The notes below the pieces were generated by a model, which saw only the letters and a list, made by a program, of their open reading frames with translations, was not told the DNA's origin and made no database searches. Below, piece by piece: positions 37,320-46,847 of a DNA stretch of 64,000 nt. The position numbers were made by a program, and so were the translations under genes. Position 1 is the stretch's first letter, and each line of letters begins with the position of its first letter. Source of the DNA: an uncultured Eubacterium sp. (lineage in GTDB: Bacteria; Bacillota; Clostridia; Oscillospirales; Acutalibacteraceae); NCBI GenBank assembly GCA_910584985.1, contig CAJUDJ010000002.1:70411-134410 (forward strand), given 5' to 3'.

Positions 37320-37946
37320 ATGACAGGAAGCAGAGAAAAAAACTCTAAATTTGCTGCAATTCTTTCCCAGCTCAGAAAAGAAAGAGGAAGTAGCCAGAAA
37401 AAAGCGGCGGCTGATCTTGGTATAAGCCAGGCACTTTTAAGCCATTATGAAAAAGGAATAAGGGAATGCGGACTTGATTTTATAATCAAGTGCAGCGATT
37501 ATTACGGTGTTACAACGGATTATCTTCTGGGTGTTTCTGAAAGCAGATACGGAATAGATGAAGATTATCTTTATAAGATAACCAATAATGACATTGACGG
37601 TTCTTCCATAAATACTGTTTCTCAGGGAATGAAAATCCTTCTTGAAACGGCTGTTGCATCTTCTGAAGGAACGGATGTAATTCGCTATCTGCATGATTAT
37701 TATATGCTTTGTCTTTACCGCGGAGCGCTTACACTTGCAAAATCGGGCAAATTATCGTCGGAAATGTTCACTTTGGACTATACAATCGGGCATGAGCTTG
37801 CTTCTGCGGCAATTTCTTTGCTTGATGCAAGATTTGTTTTTATAGAGGATAAATCCAGAACAGGAGATTATATCAACAAATCAGAGTTGCACAAAATTAT
37901 AAGGGATGCTGAAAATTATCTTATGGAAAACCTGATTTCAGAATAA
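37320..37946 (+). CDS. XRE-family HTH transcriptional regulator with an uncharacterised C-terminal domain
   Basis: Start set at ATG 37320. HTH: LSQLRKERGSSQKKAAADLGISQALLSHYEKGIRE. About 130 aa of unassigned C-terminal sequence follows. Confidence 0.8.
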   Translation: MTGSREKNSKFAAILSQLRKERGSSQKKAAADLGISQALLSHYEKGIRECGLDFIIKCSDYYGVTTDYLLGVSESRYGIDEDYLYKITNNDIDGSSINTVSQGMKILLETAVASSEGTDVIRYLHDYYMLCLYRGALTLAKSGKLSSEMFTLDYTIGHELASAAISLLDARFVFIEDKSRTGDYINKSELHKIIRDAENYLMENLISE

Positions 37947-38648
37947 AAGCTCAAGCTGTGTTTTTTCAGCTGCAATATATTTTAAAATAATCGCTGTGGA
38001 TTTTTCCGCGGCGATTTTTTTGAATGCCGGATAATCCATCTGGGCATTTTCATCGCCGCCATCACTAACAGAACGAAGAACGGCAAACGGAATTTTATTT
38101 GCCGCACACACATGGCCCACTGCCGCACCTTCCATTTCACCGCATATTGCGCCGAAATGATTTTTCAGTTCCTGCTTCAAAGTGCTTTTGGCAATAAAGG
38201 TATCACCGCTTGCAATCGTTCCGCGGCGGATTTTTTCACCTGAAAGAACGGCAATACGGGACAGCTTATCCGATATTTCCTTATCGGTTTGTATTTTAAT
38301 CCTGTTCAGCCCGTTTATATATCCTTTCGGCTCGCCGAGTGCAGTAATATCTATATCATATTGGCATACATCTTCCGCAATTACAAGATTTTTGATAACA
38401 ACATCCTCTGAAAGGGAGCAGCCAACGCCGATGTTTATAATTTTGTCCGTATCAAAATGATCGATCATTGCCTGTGTGCAGAGTGCGGCGTTCACCTTGC
38501 CGGGATTGCACTGTGCAACGCAAACCATAACATCGTTTATATAGCCGCAGATGAAGCTGCAGCCTGCAATTTCCGCAGGCACAGGATTTACAATTTTCTT
38601 TTTCAAGGTGTTTACTTCAACATCCATTGCCCCTATAATACCTATCAT
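37938..38648 (-). CDS. mtnN: 5'-methylthioadenosine / S-adenosylhomocysteine nucleosidase
   Basis: Start set at ATG 38648 (MIGIIGAMDVEV...). Contains GEMEGAAVGHVC and VLRSVSDGG. Its 3' end overlaps the XRE gene by 9 nt (convergent). Confidence 0.92.
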   Translation of the reverse strand: MIGIIGAMDVEVNTLKKKIVNPVPAEIAGCSFICGYINDVMVCVAQCNPGKVNAALCTQAMIDHFDTDKIINIGVGCSLSEDVVIKNLVIAEDVCQYDIDITALGEPKGYINGLNRIKIQTDKEISDKLSRIAVLSGEKIRRGTIASGDTFIAKSTLKQELKNHFGAICGEMEGAAVGHVCAANKIPFAVLRSVSDGGDENAQMDYPAFKKIAAEKSTAIILKYIAAEKTQLELLF

Positions 38649-38756
38649 CAGCAAAACCCCGCTTCTTATTTTTAGTGTTTGAAAAGGAATCATACCCTAT
38701 ATATTGTATTATTATAATATATTTAATTAAAAAAAACAAGATTTATTAATTTTATG

Positions 38757-38786
38757 TTGACAAGTCAGCAAATTATATAATATAAT
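38757..38786 (+). promoter_or_regulatory. Candidate sigma-A promoter of rpmH-rnpA
   Basis: TTGACA (38757-38762), 18 nt spacer, TATAAT (38781-38786). Confidence 0.6.
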
Positions 38787-38875
38787 GTTTATCGCTATTG
38801 GTATAAGCCTGCACTATGCCGTGCAGAGAATAGAAAGATTAAGACAAGTTTAGTCTGTGAAAGGTAGTGAATTTA

Positions 38876-39010
38876 ATGAAAAGAACATTTCAGCCAAAGA
38901 AAAGACACGCTCAGAAGGAGCATGGTTTCAGAAAGAGAATGTCAACCAGAAGCGGAAGAAAGGTTTTGGCAAGACGCCGCGCAAAGGGCAGAAAGCAGCT
39001 TTCTTATTAA
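38876..39010 (+). CDS. rpmH: 50S ribosomal protein L34
   Basis: Below the track cutoff. Hand translation: [44 protein letters not shown]. The track ORF at 38857-39045 is the wrong frame. Confidence 0.95.
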   Translation: MKRTFQPKKRHAQKEHGFRKRMSTRSGRKVLARRRAKGRKQLSY

Positions 39011-39106
39011 TTTGGAAACACACGCAGCATTGTGTGTTCCGATAATTTAAAACAAATAAAGGCAATGGGCTGTTCAGAAACGCCTTTGCCTAAGGGAAAC
39101 GAAATC

Positions 39107-39439
39107 GTGAAAAGCAACACCTTAAAGGAAAACAAGGATTTCCGCCGTTTATATTACCGCGGAAAAAGCGCCGCATCGCCGTGTCTTGTTACATATGTGA
39201 TGAAGAACAGAAGCGGCAGAGTAAGAGTTGGAATAACAAGCGGTAAGAAAATTGGAAAGGCTGTGCAGCGAAACAGAGCGCGAAGAGTGATCAGAGCGGC
39301 ATTTTCAGAGCTTGAGGGCCGCATCGCTTCGGGCTGTGATATTGTTTTTGTTGCACGCACAAAAACAACAGAGGTTAAAATGCAGAAGGTTTTGGAAGAT
39401 ATGGAAAAGCAGCTTGCGCTTTTAGGGGTAATCAGATGA
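39107..39439 (+). CDS. rnpA: Ribonuclease P protein component
   Basis: Contains [11 protein letters not shown]...[24 protein letters not shown]. The GTG at 39107 (AAGGGA 9 nt upstream) gives a typical 110 aa. In-frame alternatives at 39065 and 39032 are possible. Confidence 0.88.
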   Translation: MKSNTLKENKDFRRLYYRGKSAASPCLVTYVMKNRSGRVRVGITSGKKIGKAVQRNRARRVIRAAFSELEGRIASGCDIVFVARTKTTEVKMQKVLEDMEKQLALLGVIR

Positions 39440-39690
39440 AAAGCCTTATAAAAAAGCTGCTGATTTTTCTTATACGCACTTATCAGCTTACGATAAGCCC
39501 GCGGTTTTCAAACGGCGCATGCAGATATGTGCCCACCTGCTCGCAGTATGCTTTGGAGGCAATTGAAATTCACGGCATTTTTAAAGGAACGCTTCTTGCC
39601 ATAAGGCGCATTTTAAGATGTAATCCTTTTTTTAAAGGCGGCTACGATCCCGTTCCTCCCAAAAAGATTAATAATGAGGAAAACAAATGA
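39436..39690 (+). CDS. yidD: Membrane protein insertion efficiency factor YidD
   Basis: 84 aa with [19 protein letters not shown]. Confidence 0.9.
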   Translation: MKSLIKKLLIFLIRTYQLTISPRFSNGACRYVPTCSQYALEAIEIHGIFKGTLLAIRRILRCNPFFKGGYDPVPPKKINNEENK

Positions 39691-40709
39691 TTATGTTTAA
39701 TCCTAATTTACTTGCTATGGCTGCTGACGGCGGTTTATTCGGCACAATTTTTATGCCGCTTTACTGGCTTTTCGGAAAATGCATGCATTTTTTGCTTGAA
39801 ATTCTCAGTAATGAATATTTTATCGCTATTGTTCTGTTTACCGTTCTTACGCGACTGGTGCTTCTGCCGATTAATATTCATCAGCAGAAAACAACATCAA
39901 AAAGTGCAAGGCTGCAGCCGAAAATTCAGAAAATTCAGAAGAAATACAATGTAAGAGAAATAAGCGATGCAAGAGAACGCCAGAAGGCGCAGGCAAAGCT
40001 TAACGAAGAAATGCAGGCACTTTACGCAAGAGAAGGACACAATCCCATGCAGATGGGCTGCGGACCTATGCTGTTTCAGATGCTTTTTCTTATGGGTATA
40101 GTGGGAATTATTTATTATCCGCTTACCTATGTCATCGGAATGAGCAATATAGGCGAAAGCACAGAAGTGCTTATAAAGCTTCTTGAAGGTGTGAATTACA
40201 CGGGAAATTATCTGCAGCTCGGTGTTCTTGAAAACTGGGAGGCTTTAAGGGAAACCGTTGCCGCTCAGCTGCCGGAACTGTTTACGGCAGAAAGAATTGC
40301 TGATATAGATGCATTCCGTGCCGGTCTGAATATCGGTTCTCTTGATATGACGGCAATTCCCCACTGGAAGGACGGTATTATCGTTATTGTTCCGATTTTA
40401 TCTCTTATTACATCCCTTGGATCAACCGTTATTTCTTCACTGATTCAGAAGAAAAACAATCCTGCCGCAGCACAGCAGATGAGCCAGATGATGATTATGA
40501 TGCTTATGATGCCGCTGTTTTCATTCTATATTGCTTTCAAGGTTCCTGCTGCTGTTGGTTTTTACTGGATTATATCAAATTTAATTGCAATTATTCAGCA
40601 GATGTTTATTGCAAAGTTTTTCCCTCCGAAAAAGAGCCAGGCAAAGCTTATGGTTGAAAATACGATTGAGCGCCGCTCCAGAGAGGAAAATATTAAGAAA
40701 ATCAAATAA
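39687..40709 (+). CDS. yidC: Membrane protein insertase YidC/SpoIIIJ
   Basis: 340 aa multi-TM protein with ...[19 protein letters not shown]... and [17 protein letters not shown] overlap with yidD. Confidence 0.93.
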   Translation: MIMFNPNLLAMAADGGLFGTIFMPLYWLFGKCMHFLLEILSNEYFIAIVLFTVLTRLVLLPINIHQQKTTSKSARLQPKIQKIQKKYNVREISDARERQKAQAKLNEEMQALYAREGHNPMQMGCGPMLFQMLFLMGIVGIIYYPLTYVIGMSNIGESTEVLIKLLEGVNYTGNYLQLGVLENWEALRETVAAQLPELFTAERIADIDAFRAGLNIGSLDMTAIPHWKDGIIVIVPILSLITSLGSTVISSLIQKKNNPAAAQQMSQMMIMMLMMPLFSFYIAFKVPAAVGFYWIISNLIAIIQQMFIAKFFPPKKSQAKLMVENTIERRSREENIKKIK

Positions 40710-40721
40710 TCGGAGGATTTT

Positions 40722-41651
40722 ATGATAAAGGAATTTATCGGAACCGGAAAAACCGTTGCAGAAGCAACTGTAGCCGCAAAGACCGGTCTGAACGCTCCGG
40801 CTTTAGCTGATATTAATGTTGAGGTTGTGGTAATGCCTGCAAAGGGATTTCTCGGCTTCGGAAAAAAGGATGCGCAGGTAAAAGCCTGGTATGATGACGG
40901 AAGAAAAGAAAAAAAGCCGCAGCAAAAGAAAGAAAACCGTGCAAAGCACACAGAAAAAAAGGCTGAAAAGAAACCACAGCCAAAAAACGAGCCTGTAAAA
41001 AAAGAAACTGTTAAAAAGCCTGCTGAGCGCAAGCTGGTGTCCGAAAAGGAAGAGCCTGCCGAAGCAGAGGTTAAAATAACAGAAGCAGATATTGATAAGA
41101 ACATAGCTGTTGAATATCTGAAGAATATGATTTCCGGCCTTAAAATTGAGGATGCAAAAATCAGCGCCGCTGTTGTGGACGGGGTGCTTCAGATGGAAAT
41201 CAGCTGTGAGGATTACGGCATTATTATAGGTCGCCGCGGTGAAACACTGGATTCGCTTCAGTATCTTACAAGCCTTGCAGTTAAGAAAAGCTGCGACAAA
41301 TATGTTAGAGTAACGATTGATGTGGGCAATTACCGTGAAAAGCGGATGGAAACGCTCAGAAATCTCGCTCGAAAAAACGCAAGCTATGTTTTAAGAACAG
41401 GCAGAAGATATACTTTTGAGCCGATGAATCCGTATGAAAGAAGAATTATTCACACAACCGTTCAGGAATTTGACGGTGTAGAATCTTTATCTGTCGGTTA
41501 CGGGCAGGACAGAAAGGTTGTTCTTCAGTCGGTAAACGGCAGAGGAGCACGCAGAAACAGCAATGTGCAGAGCGCGCCGAAAAGCACCGTTCATAAAACA
41601 GACCGTGCGGACCTGCCGAAATTCGGAAAAATAGAGGTTAATAAAGACTGA
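40722..41651 (+). CDS. jag: Jag/KhpB RNA-binding protein (Jag_N, Lys-rich linker, KH and R3H domains)
   Basis: 309 aa. Contains IIGRRGETLDSLQYL (KH) and YERRIIHTTV (R3H). Conserved position after yidC. Confidence 0.9.
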   Translation: MIKEFIGTGKTVAEATVAAKTGLNAPALADINVEVVVMPAKGFLGFGKKDAQVKAWYDDGRKEKKPQQKKENRAKHTEKKAEKKPQPKNEPVKKETVKKPAERKLVSEKEEPAEAEVKITEADIDKNIAVEYLKNMISGLKIEDAKISAAVVDGVLQMEISCEDYGIIIGRRGETLDSLQYLTSLAVKKSCDKYVRVTIDVGNYREKRMETLRNLARKNASYVLRTGRRYTFEPMNPYERRIIHTTVQEFDGVESLSVGYGQDRKVVLQSVNGRGARRNSNVQSAPKSTVHKTDRADLPKFGKIEVNKD

Positions 41652-41661
41652 TTAAAATTAA

Positions 41662-41686
41662 GCGGCGGATTTTTCCGCCGTTTTTT
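41662..41686 (+). terminator. Hairpin plus T run after jag
   Basis: GCGGCGGA-tttt-TCCGCCG followed by TTTTTT. Confidence 0.6.
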
Positions 41687-41709
41687 GAACTTGGAAGGAA
41701 GAGCGAGGA

Positions 41710-43074
41710 ATGGAAAAAACTATAGCTGCCGTGGCAACGGGAAATGCTGCGGGCGGAATCGGCGTTATAAGAATAAGCGGCGAAAAGGCCATTGAAATTG
41801 CAGACAAAGTATTTTCCGCTGCAGACGGTTCATTTCTTTCCGAGTTAAAGGGTTACAGGGCAAAGTTCGGAAGCGTTGCTGCCGGCGGAAAAACACTTGA
41901 TAATGCCGTTGCCCTTGTGTTCCGTGCGCCAAAAAGCTATACGGGCGAGGATGTCTGCGAGCTTTCTGTGCACGGAGGCGTTTTTATTGTTGAAAAAACA
42001 CTTGAAGCTGTTTTTGCAGCCGGTGCAGCACCTGCAGGTGCAGGAGAATTTACAAAACGGGCTTTTCTGAACGGAAAAATGGATCTCACACAAGCTGAAA
42101 GTGTAGCTGATTTAATTTCTGCAGAGGGTGAAGCAGCAGCGCAGGCCTCTTTTCATGCGCTTCAGGGTTCTTTGAGCAATAAAATAAACAGTATTCTTGA
42201 AATTCTGACAGACTGTTCTGCCAATATGGCAGCTTGGGTGGATTATCCCGATGAAGAAATTCCTGATCTTGCGGATGATGAGCTTGAAAAAACATTGACA
42301 AATGCCGCAAAAGCTCTGAAAGAACTTGTTGAGAACTATGAAAACGGCATCGCCGTGGTGCAGGGAATAGATACGGTTATAGCCGGGCGACCGAATGCAG
42401 GAAAATCCACCCTTATGAATCTGCTTGCAGGCAGAGATAAAAGCATTGTTACGGATATTGAGGGAACAACAAGGGATATTGTTGAAGAAAGCGTAAGGCT
42501 TGGCGGTCTTGTGCTGCATCTGAGCGACACGGCCGGGCTGAGGAAATCAAAGGACGAAGTTGAAACAATCGGTATTGACCGTGCCTATAATAAAATTGAA
42601 CAGGCTTCTCTGATTCTGCCTGTGTTTGACAGCAGCAGAAAGCTTAATAAAGAGGATATGAATCTGATTGAGCGCTGCAGGGATAAGAAAGCGGTTGCAA
42701 TTATAAATAAAACTGATCTCAGCACAAAGGCTGATGTGGAATTTATCCAATCTTCTTTTGCGCATTGTGTTTTTATAAGTGCAAAAAGCACTGCGGATAC
42801 AAGCGGTATTGAAAAAGAGATTAAATCACTCTTTGCTGCGGATACATTTGATGCTGCTGCCCCTATTCTTGCAAACCAACGGCAGAAGCAATGCTGTGTT
42901 CGTGCAATGGATTTTATTTTTGATGCTGTGTCCTCGCTTATTATGGGTGTAACAAGAGATGCTGTGAATGTGCTTGTGGATTCGGCGATTGATGAATTGC
43001 TTTCGCTTACGGGCCAAAAGGCAAATATTGAGGTTGTTAATAATATTTTCAGCAAATTCTGTGTAGGTAAATAA
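41710..43074 (+). CDS. mnmE: tRNA modification GTPase MnmE
   Basis: 454 aa with GRPNAGKSTLMN, DTAGLR, NKTD and the C-terminal CVGK. Confidence 0.96.
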   Translation: MEKTIAAVATGNAAGGIGVIRISGEKAIEIADKVFSAADGSFLSELKGYRAKFGSVAAGGKTLDNAVALVFRAPKSYTGEDVCELSVHGGVFIVEKTLEAVFAAGAAPAGAGEFTKRAFLNGKMDLTQAESVADLISAEGEAAAQASFHALQGSLSNKINSILEILTDCSANMAAWVDYPDEEIPDLADDELEKTLTNAAKALKELVENYENGIAVVQGIDTVIAGRPNAGKSTLMNLLAGRDKSIVTDIEGTTRDIVEESVRLGGLVLHLSDTAGLRKSKDEVETIGIDRAYNKIEQASLILPVFDSSRKLNKEDMNLIERCRDKKAVAIINKTDLSTKADVEFIQSSFAHCVFISAKSTADTSGIEKEIKSLFAADTFDAAAPILANQRQKQCCVRAMDFIFDAVSSLIMGVTRDAVNVLVDSAIDELLSLTGQKANIEVVNNIFSKFCVGK

Positions 43075-43076
43075 TT

Positions 43077-44942
43077 ATGGAGTACTTTTCCGGGAAATAT
43101 GATGTTATAGTAATCGGTGCAGGCCATGCGGGTATTGAAGCAGGGCTTGCCGCTGCACGCCTTGGCTGCAAAACAGCCGTTTTTACAATTAATCTTGACT
43201 GGATCGGGAATATGCCCTGCAATCCGTCTATAGGCGGAACATCAAAAGGCCATCTTGTAAGAGAAATTGATGCGCTTGGCGGTGAAATGGGAAAGGCGGC
43301 AGATAAATACAGCCTGCAGAGCAGAATGCTGAATCTTGGAAAAGGACCTGCCGTTCATTCTCTCCGTGCACAGATAGACAGGCGTGAATATTCAAAAGGA
43401 ATGAAGCACACGCTTGAACTTGAGAAAAATATTGAAGTAAGACAGGCTGAGATTACAGACATTTGCAGAACAGATGATCATTTGTGGCAGGTTAAAACAA
43501 AGCTGGAGGCTTTGTTTACTGCGAAAGCGGTTATTATTGCAACAGGCACTTTTCTTGGCGGGAGAGTTTATATCGGAGAGGTTTCCTATGAAAGCGGGCC
43601 GGATGGCATGTTTCCGGCTACAGAGCTTGCGGAAAGTCTGAAAAAGCTTCACATCCCGCTCCGGCGCTTTAAAACAGGCACGCCCAGTCGTGTGAACAGA
43701 AAGAGTATTGATTTTTCCAGAATGGAAAAGCAGACGGGGGATGAACATACTGTTCCGTTTAGCTTTGAAACAGAAACACCCCCTGAAAATAAGGTTTGCT
43801 GCCACATTACATATACAAATGAAAACACAAAAAATGTTATTCTCGAAAACCTGCATCGCTCACCTATGTATAGCGGAAAAATCGAGGGCAAAGGGCCAAG
43901 ATACTGCCCAAGCTTTGAGGACAAGATTGTTCGTTTTGCAGATAAAGAGCGGCATCAGCTTTTTATTGAGCCATGCGGCCTTGAAACAGAAGAAATGTAT
44001 TTGCAGGGTCTGTCCTCTTCTCTTCCCGAGGAGGTTCAGCTTGCTTTTATTCACACCATTCCCGGCCTTGAAAATGCACAGGTGATGCGAACCGCTTATG
44101 CAATTGAATATGATTGTGTTGATCCCACTGCTTTAAAAGCAACACTTGAATTTAATGAGTTGGAAGGGCTTTACGGTGCAGGCCAGTTCAACGGTTCAAG
44201 CGGATATGAAGAGGCAGCGGCACAGGGGTTGGTTGCGGGAATCAATGCAGCACTGAAAATTCAGGGAAAAGAGCCGCTTATTCTGGACAGGGGTGGTTCA
44301 TATATCGGCACGCTCATTGATGATCTTATTACAAAAGGATGTTCCGATCCTTACAGGATGATGACAAGCCGCAGTGAATACCGCCTTGTTTTAAGGCAGG
44401 ATAATGCAGATGTGCGCCTTACGCCGCTGGGTTATCAAATCGGCCTTATCAGTGAGAACAGATACAACAGATTTCTTGAAAAGCAAAGAATGGTGGCAGA
44501 GGAAACAGAGCGTATCAAAACCACTTCTGTTCATGCCGATTCAGATTTACAAAATATTCTTGAAAGCTGCGGCACAGCACCCCTTAAAAAAGGCTGTAAA
44601 ATCATTGAGCTGCTCAAACGGCCGCAGGTAACCTATAAAGATATTAAAAGTATTGACAGCACACGGCCCGATTACCCTGCCGAGGTTTTTGAACAGGTTG
44701 AAATTGCTGTGAAATATGAGGGCTATATCGTAAGGCAGGAGCAGCAGATAAAGGAAATGCGCAGAATCGAATGCAAAAAAATTCCCGAAGATATTGACTA
44801 TTCTTCTCTTAAGGGGCTTCGTCTGGAAGCTGTGGAAAAGCTTTCAAAAATCAGACCGCAGAATCTGGGGCAGGCAAGCCGGATAAGCGGTGTGAACCCT
44901 GCTGACATTACTGCGCTGAATATAATTTTGGAGTCATTATGA
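43077..44942 (+). CDS. mnmG: tRNA uridine 5-carboxymethylaminomethyl modification enzyme MnmG
   Basis: 621 aa with VIVIGAGHAGIEA, GPRYCPS and GQFNGSSGYEEAAAQG. Confidence 0.97.
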   Translation: MEYFSGKYDVIVIGAGHAGIEAGLAAARLGCKTAVFTINLDWIGNMPCNPSIGGTSKGHLVREIDALGGEMGKAADKYSLQSRMLNLGKGPAVHSLRAQIDRREYSKGMKHTLELEKNIEVRQAEITDICRTDDHLWQVKTKLEALFTAKAVIIATGTFLGGRVYIGEVSYESGPDGMFPATELAESLKKLHIPLRRFKTGTPSRVNRKSIDFSRMEKQTGDEHTVPFSFETETPPENKVCCHITYTNENTKNVILENLHRSPMYSGKIEGKGPRYCPSFEDKIVRFADKERHQLFIEPCGLETEEMYLQGLSSSLPEEVQLAFIHTIPGLENAQVMRTAYAIEYDCVDPTALKATLEFNELEGLYGAGQFNGSSGYEEAAAQGLVAGINAALKIQGKEPLILDRGGSYIGTLIDDLITKGCSDPYRMMTSRSEYRLVLRQDNADVRLTPLGYQIGLISENRYNRFLEKQRMVAEETERIKTTSVHADSDLQNILESCGTAPLKKGCKIIELLKRPQVTYKDIKSIDSTRPDYPAEVFEQVEIAVKYEGYIVRQEQQIKEMRRIECKKIPEDIDYSSLKGLRLEAVEKLSKIRPQNLGQASRISGVNPADITALNIILESL

Positions 44943-45643
44943 TTAATACGGAATTTTTGAAAAAGGAAGCCGAAAAAATGGGAATCCAACTGAGTGCATC
45001 TGCGCTCAGCCGATTTGATTTACTGGCACAGAGGCTTGTTTCCTATAACCGAAAGGTAAATCTTACAGCAATAACAGAGCCTGATGACATTGTAATAAAG
45101 CATTTTCTGGACAGTATATCCCCACTTCCCCATATTTCTTTAAAAGAGAGAGCGAAAATTATTGATGTGGGGTGCGGCGCAGGATTTCCCGGTCTGCCTT
45201 TGCTTATTGCACGGGAGGACCTTGATGTTACTTTTCTGGACTCGATTGAAAAAAAACTGAAATTTATTGAGGATGTTATGCAGAATACGGGACTGTTCGG
45301 AACAACGGTTCACGGCAGGGCAGAGGATTTCGGAATTCGTCCTGCGTTCAGAGAGCAGTATGATACTGCTTTTACAAGGGCAGTTGCACCGCTGAATGTG
45401 CTTGCAGAATACTGCCTTCCGTTCGTAAAACCGGGAGGGCTGTATGTTTCCATGAAGGGTGCTTCGGATGAATCAGAGCTCGGACGGAATGCCATTACAA
45501 AGCTTGGCGGCGAAGTTGAAAATATTGTTTCATTTAAACTTATGAACGGGGACAGCCGAAATTTGATTATGATAAGAAAAGTATCGCATACTTCGCCAGA
45601 ATACCCAAGGAAAACAAAGAAAATAGCGGTTAGCCCGCTCTGA
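44939..45643 (+). CDS. rsmG: 16S rRNA (guanine527-N7)-methyltransferase
   Basis: 234 aa with VNLTAITEPDDIVIKHFLDS and DVGCGAGFPGLPL. Confidence 0.94.
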   Translation: MINTEFLKKEAEKMGIQLSASALSRFDLLAQRLVSYNRKVNLTAITEPDDIVIKHFLDSISPLPHISLKERAKIIDVGCGAGFPGLPLLIAREDLDVTFLDSIEKKLKFIEDVMQNTGLFGTTVHGRAEDFGIRPAFREQYDTAFTRAVAPLNVLAEYCLPFVKPGGLYVSMKGASDESELGRNAITKLGGEVENIVSFKLMNGDSRNLIMIRKVSHTSPEYPRKTKKIAVSPL

Positions 45644-45666
45644 TTTTAGAATAATATGTCGATTAT

Positions 45667-45701
45667 AAAGGATTTCTTTTGATAAGAAATCCTTTATTTT
45701 T
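45667..45701 (+). terminator. Intrinsic terminator after rsmG
   Basis: AAAGGATTTCTT-ttgat-AAGAAATCCTTT followed by ATTTTTG. Confidence 0.7.
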
Positions 45702-45744
45702 GTTTAACTTTATGATATTATTTAAACAAGGAGTTGAGGTCAGA

Positions 45745-46575
45745 ATGCCTGAGGAAGTTATACGAATACCAACCGAAAAGCTTTTGCCGAACCCCTATCA
45801 ACCAAGAAAGCAGTTTAAGTCGGAAGATCTTCTGAGCCTCGCCGATTCCATAAAGGAAAACGGTGTTTTGCAGCCGCTACTTGCAAGGCGAATCAACAAC
45901 AGCGATTATTTTGAAATCATTGCCGGGGAGCGCAGGCTGCGTGCATCTATTCTTGCAAATATGCAAACCGTGCCGTGCCTTGTTGTGGATTGTGATTATG
46001 AGGAAAGCGCAATTTATTCCATACTTGAAAATATTCAGCGTGCAGATTTAAGCTTTTTTGAGGAGGCACAGGCGATTGCACATATGCAGAGCCACTTTAA
46101 TTTAACACAGGAGCAGATTTCTAAAAAGCTTGGAAAAAGCCAAAGTGCACTGTCCAATAAGCTCAGAATTCTGCGGCTGCCTGTTGATGTAAGGTATTTT
46201 ATCGAAAAGGAAAATCTTACGGAGCGCCATGCCCGTGCATTGCTGAAATGTGAAAATGAAAAACAGATGTGGACAACCCTGAATACCGTTAAGGAAAGAA
46301 AGCTGAATGTTGAACAGACAGAGGCGTTTATTGAAGGGCTGACAAAAAAGAAAGAAAAGAAACCGAAGAATGTTGTAAAAATATTCAGGGATGTAAGGAT
46401 ATTTGTAAACACGGTTAATAAAGCAATTAACACAATGATCCAATCCGGTATACCTGCCGAGAGCAATAAAACCGAAACGGACGATTATATTGAATTTTAT
46501 GTAAAAATACCAAAAAACGCCCAGAATGATGGGCAAAGCACGCTTTTACAGCAAAAAGCGTCTGATTCCGCTTAA
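45745..46575 (+). CDS. noc: ParB-family paralogue, Noc-like
   Basis: Start set at ATG 45745 (AAGGAG at 45728-45733). Contains LLPNPYQPRK, IAGERRLRAS, LENIQR, LTERHARAL and a C-terminal ...YIEFYVKIPK, which resembles B. subtilis Noc as I recall it. Confidence 0.85.
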   Translation: MPEEVIRIPTEKLLPNPYQPRKQFKSEDLLSLADSIKENGVLQPLLARRINNSDYFEIIAGERRLRASILANMQTVPCLVVDCDYEESAIYSILENIQRADLSFFEEAQAIAHMQSHFNLTQEQISKKLGKSQSALSNKLRILRLPVDVRYFIEKENLTERHARALLKCENEKQMWTTLNTVKERKLNVEQTEAFIEGLTKKKEKKPKNVVKIFRDVRIFVNTVNKAINTMIQSGIPAESNKTETDDYIEFYVKIPKNAQNDGQSTLLQQKASDSA

Positions 46576-46618
46576 AACGGGAAACCGTTTTAACATATTC
46601 TCCTCTTTTCATCACGTG

Positions 46619-46646
46619 GAATAGCCTGCCGGTCGGCAGGCTATTC
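46619..46646 (+). terminator. Hairpin after the noc-like gene
   Basis: GAATAGCCTGCC-ggtc-GGCAGGCTATTC; the U tract is weak (TGCATTT). Confidence 0.55.
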
Positions 46647-46717
46647 TGCATTTATAAATTTTTATGCATTTATTTTATAAAGGTGCAGAAAGATAAGAAC
46701 ACATCATTATATTGATT

Positions 46718-46733
46718 TGTTTCACGTGAAACA
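46718..46733. other. parS: parS centromere-like site, perfect palindrome
   Basis: TGTTTCACGTGAAACA matches the Firmicute parS consensus TGTTNCACGTGAAACA. Confidence 0.9.
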
Positions 46734-46789
46734 TTCCACACATGGCAGTGTTGAGCCTTTTAACTGCAATGCAGCAAAAAAATATGGAA

Positions 46790-46805
46790 TGTTTCATGTG
46801 AAACA
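46790..46805. other. parS: parS-like site, one mismatch
   Basis: TGTTTCATGTGAAACA (CACGTG core changed to CATGTG), embedded in the longer palindrome GGAATGTTTCATGTGAAACATTCC. Confidence 0.75.
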
Positions 46806-46818
46806 TTCCTGTTTTATA

Positions 46819-46847
46819 TTGAATATCGTTTTGTGATATTGTATAAT
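46819..46847 (+). promoter_or_regulatory. Candidate sigma-A promoter of parA-parB-serS
   Basis: TTGAAT (46819-46824), 17 nt spacer, TATAAT (46842-46847). The second parS ends 13 nt upstream of the -35. Confidence 0.55.

Noticed and set aside
38694-38875. Checked the region upstream of rpmH for relic DnaA boxes, since this is the ancestral oriC position in Firmicutes.
   Set aside because: Only a consensus promoter and a small hairpin (CTGCAC...GTGCAG) are present. The best box-like 9-mer, TTATCGCTA, has three mismatches.
43086-43098. Noc-binding-site-like palindrome TTTTCCGGGAAAT at the start of mnmG, and a similar CTTCCGGGAAAAT near 10412.
   Set aside because: Both are one base short and asymmetric relative to ATTTCCCGGGAAAT. 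The first is explained by the codons for the conserved MnmG N-terminus (YFSGKYD). This is insufficient to call an NBS.
46607-46622. A possible third parS (TTCATCACGTGGAATA) at the 3' end of the noc-like gene region.
   Set aside because: It has four mismatches to TGTTTCACGTGGAACA. It shares only the CACGTG core and overlaps the terminator stem, so it is probably not functional.
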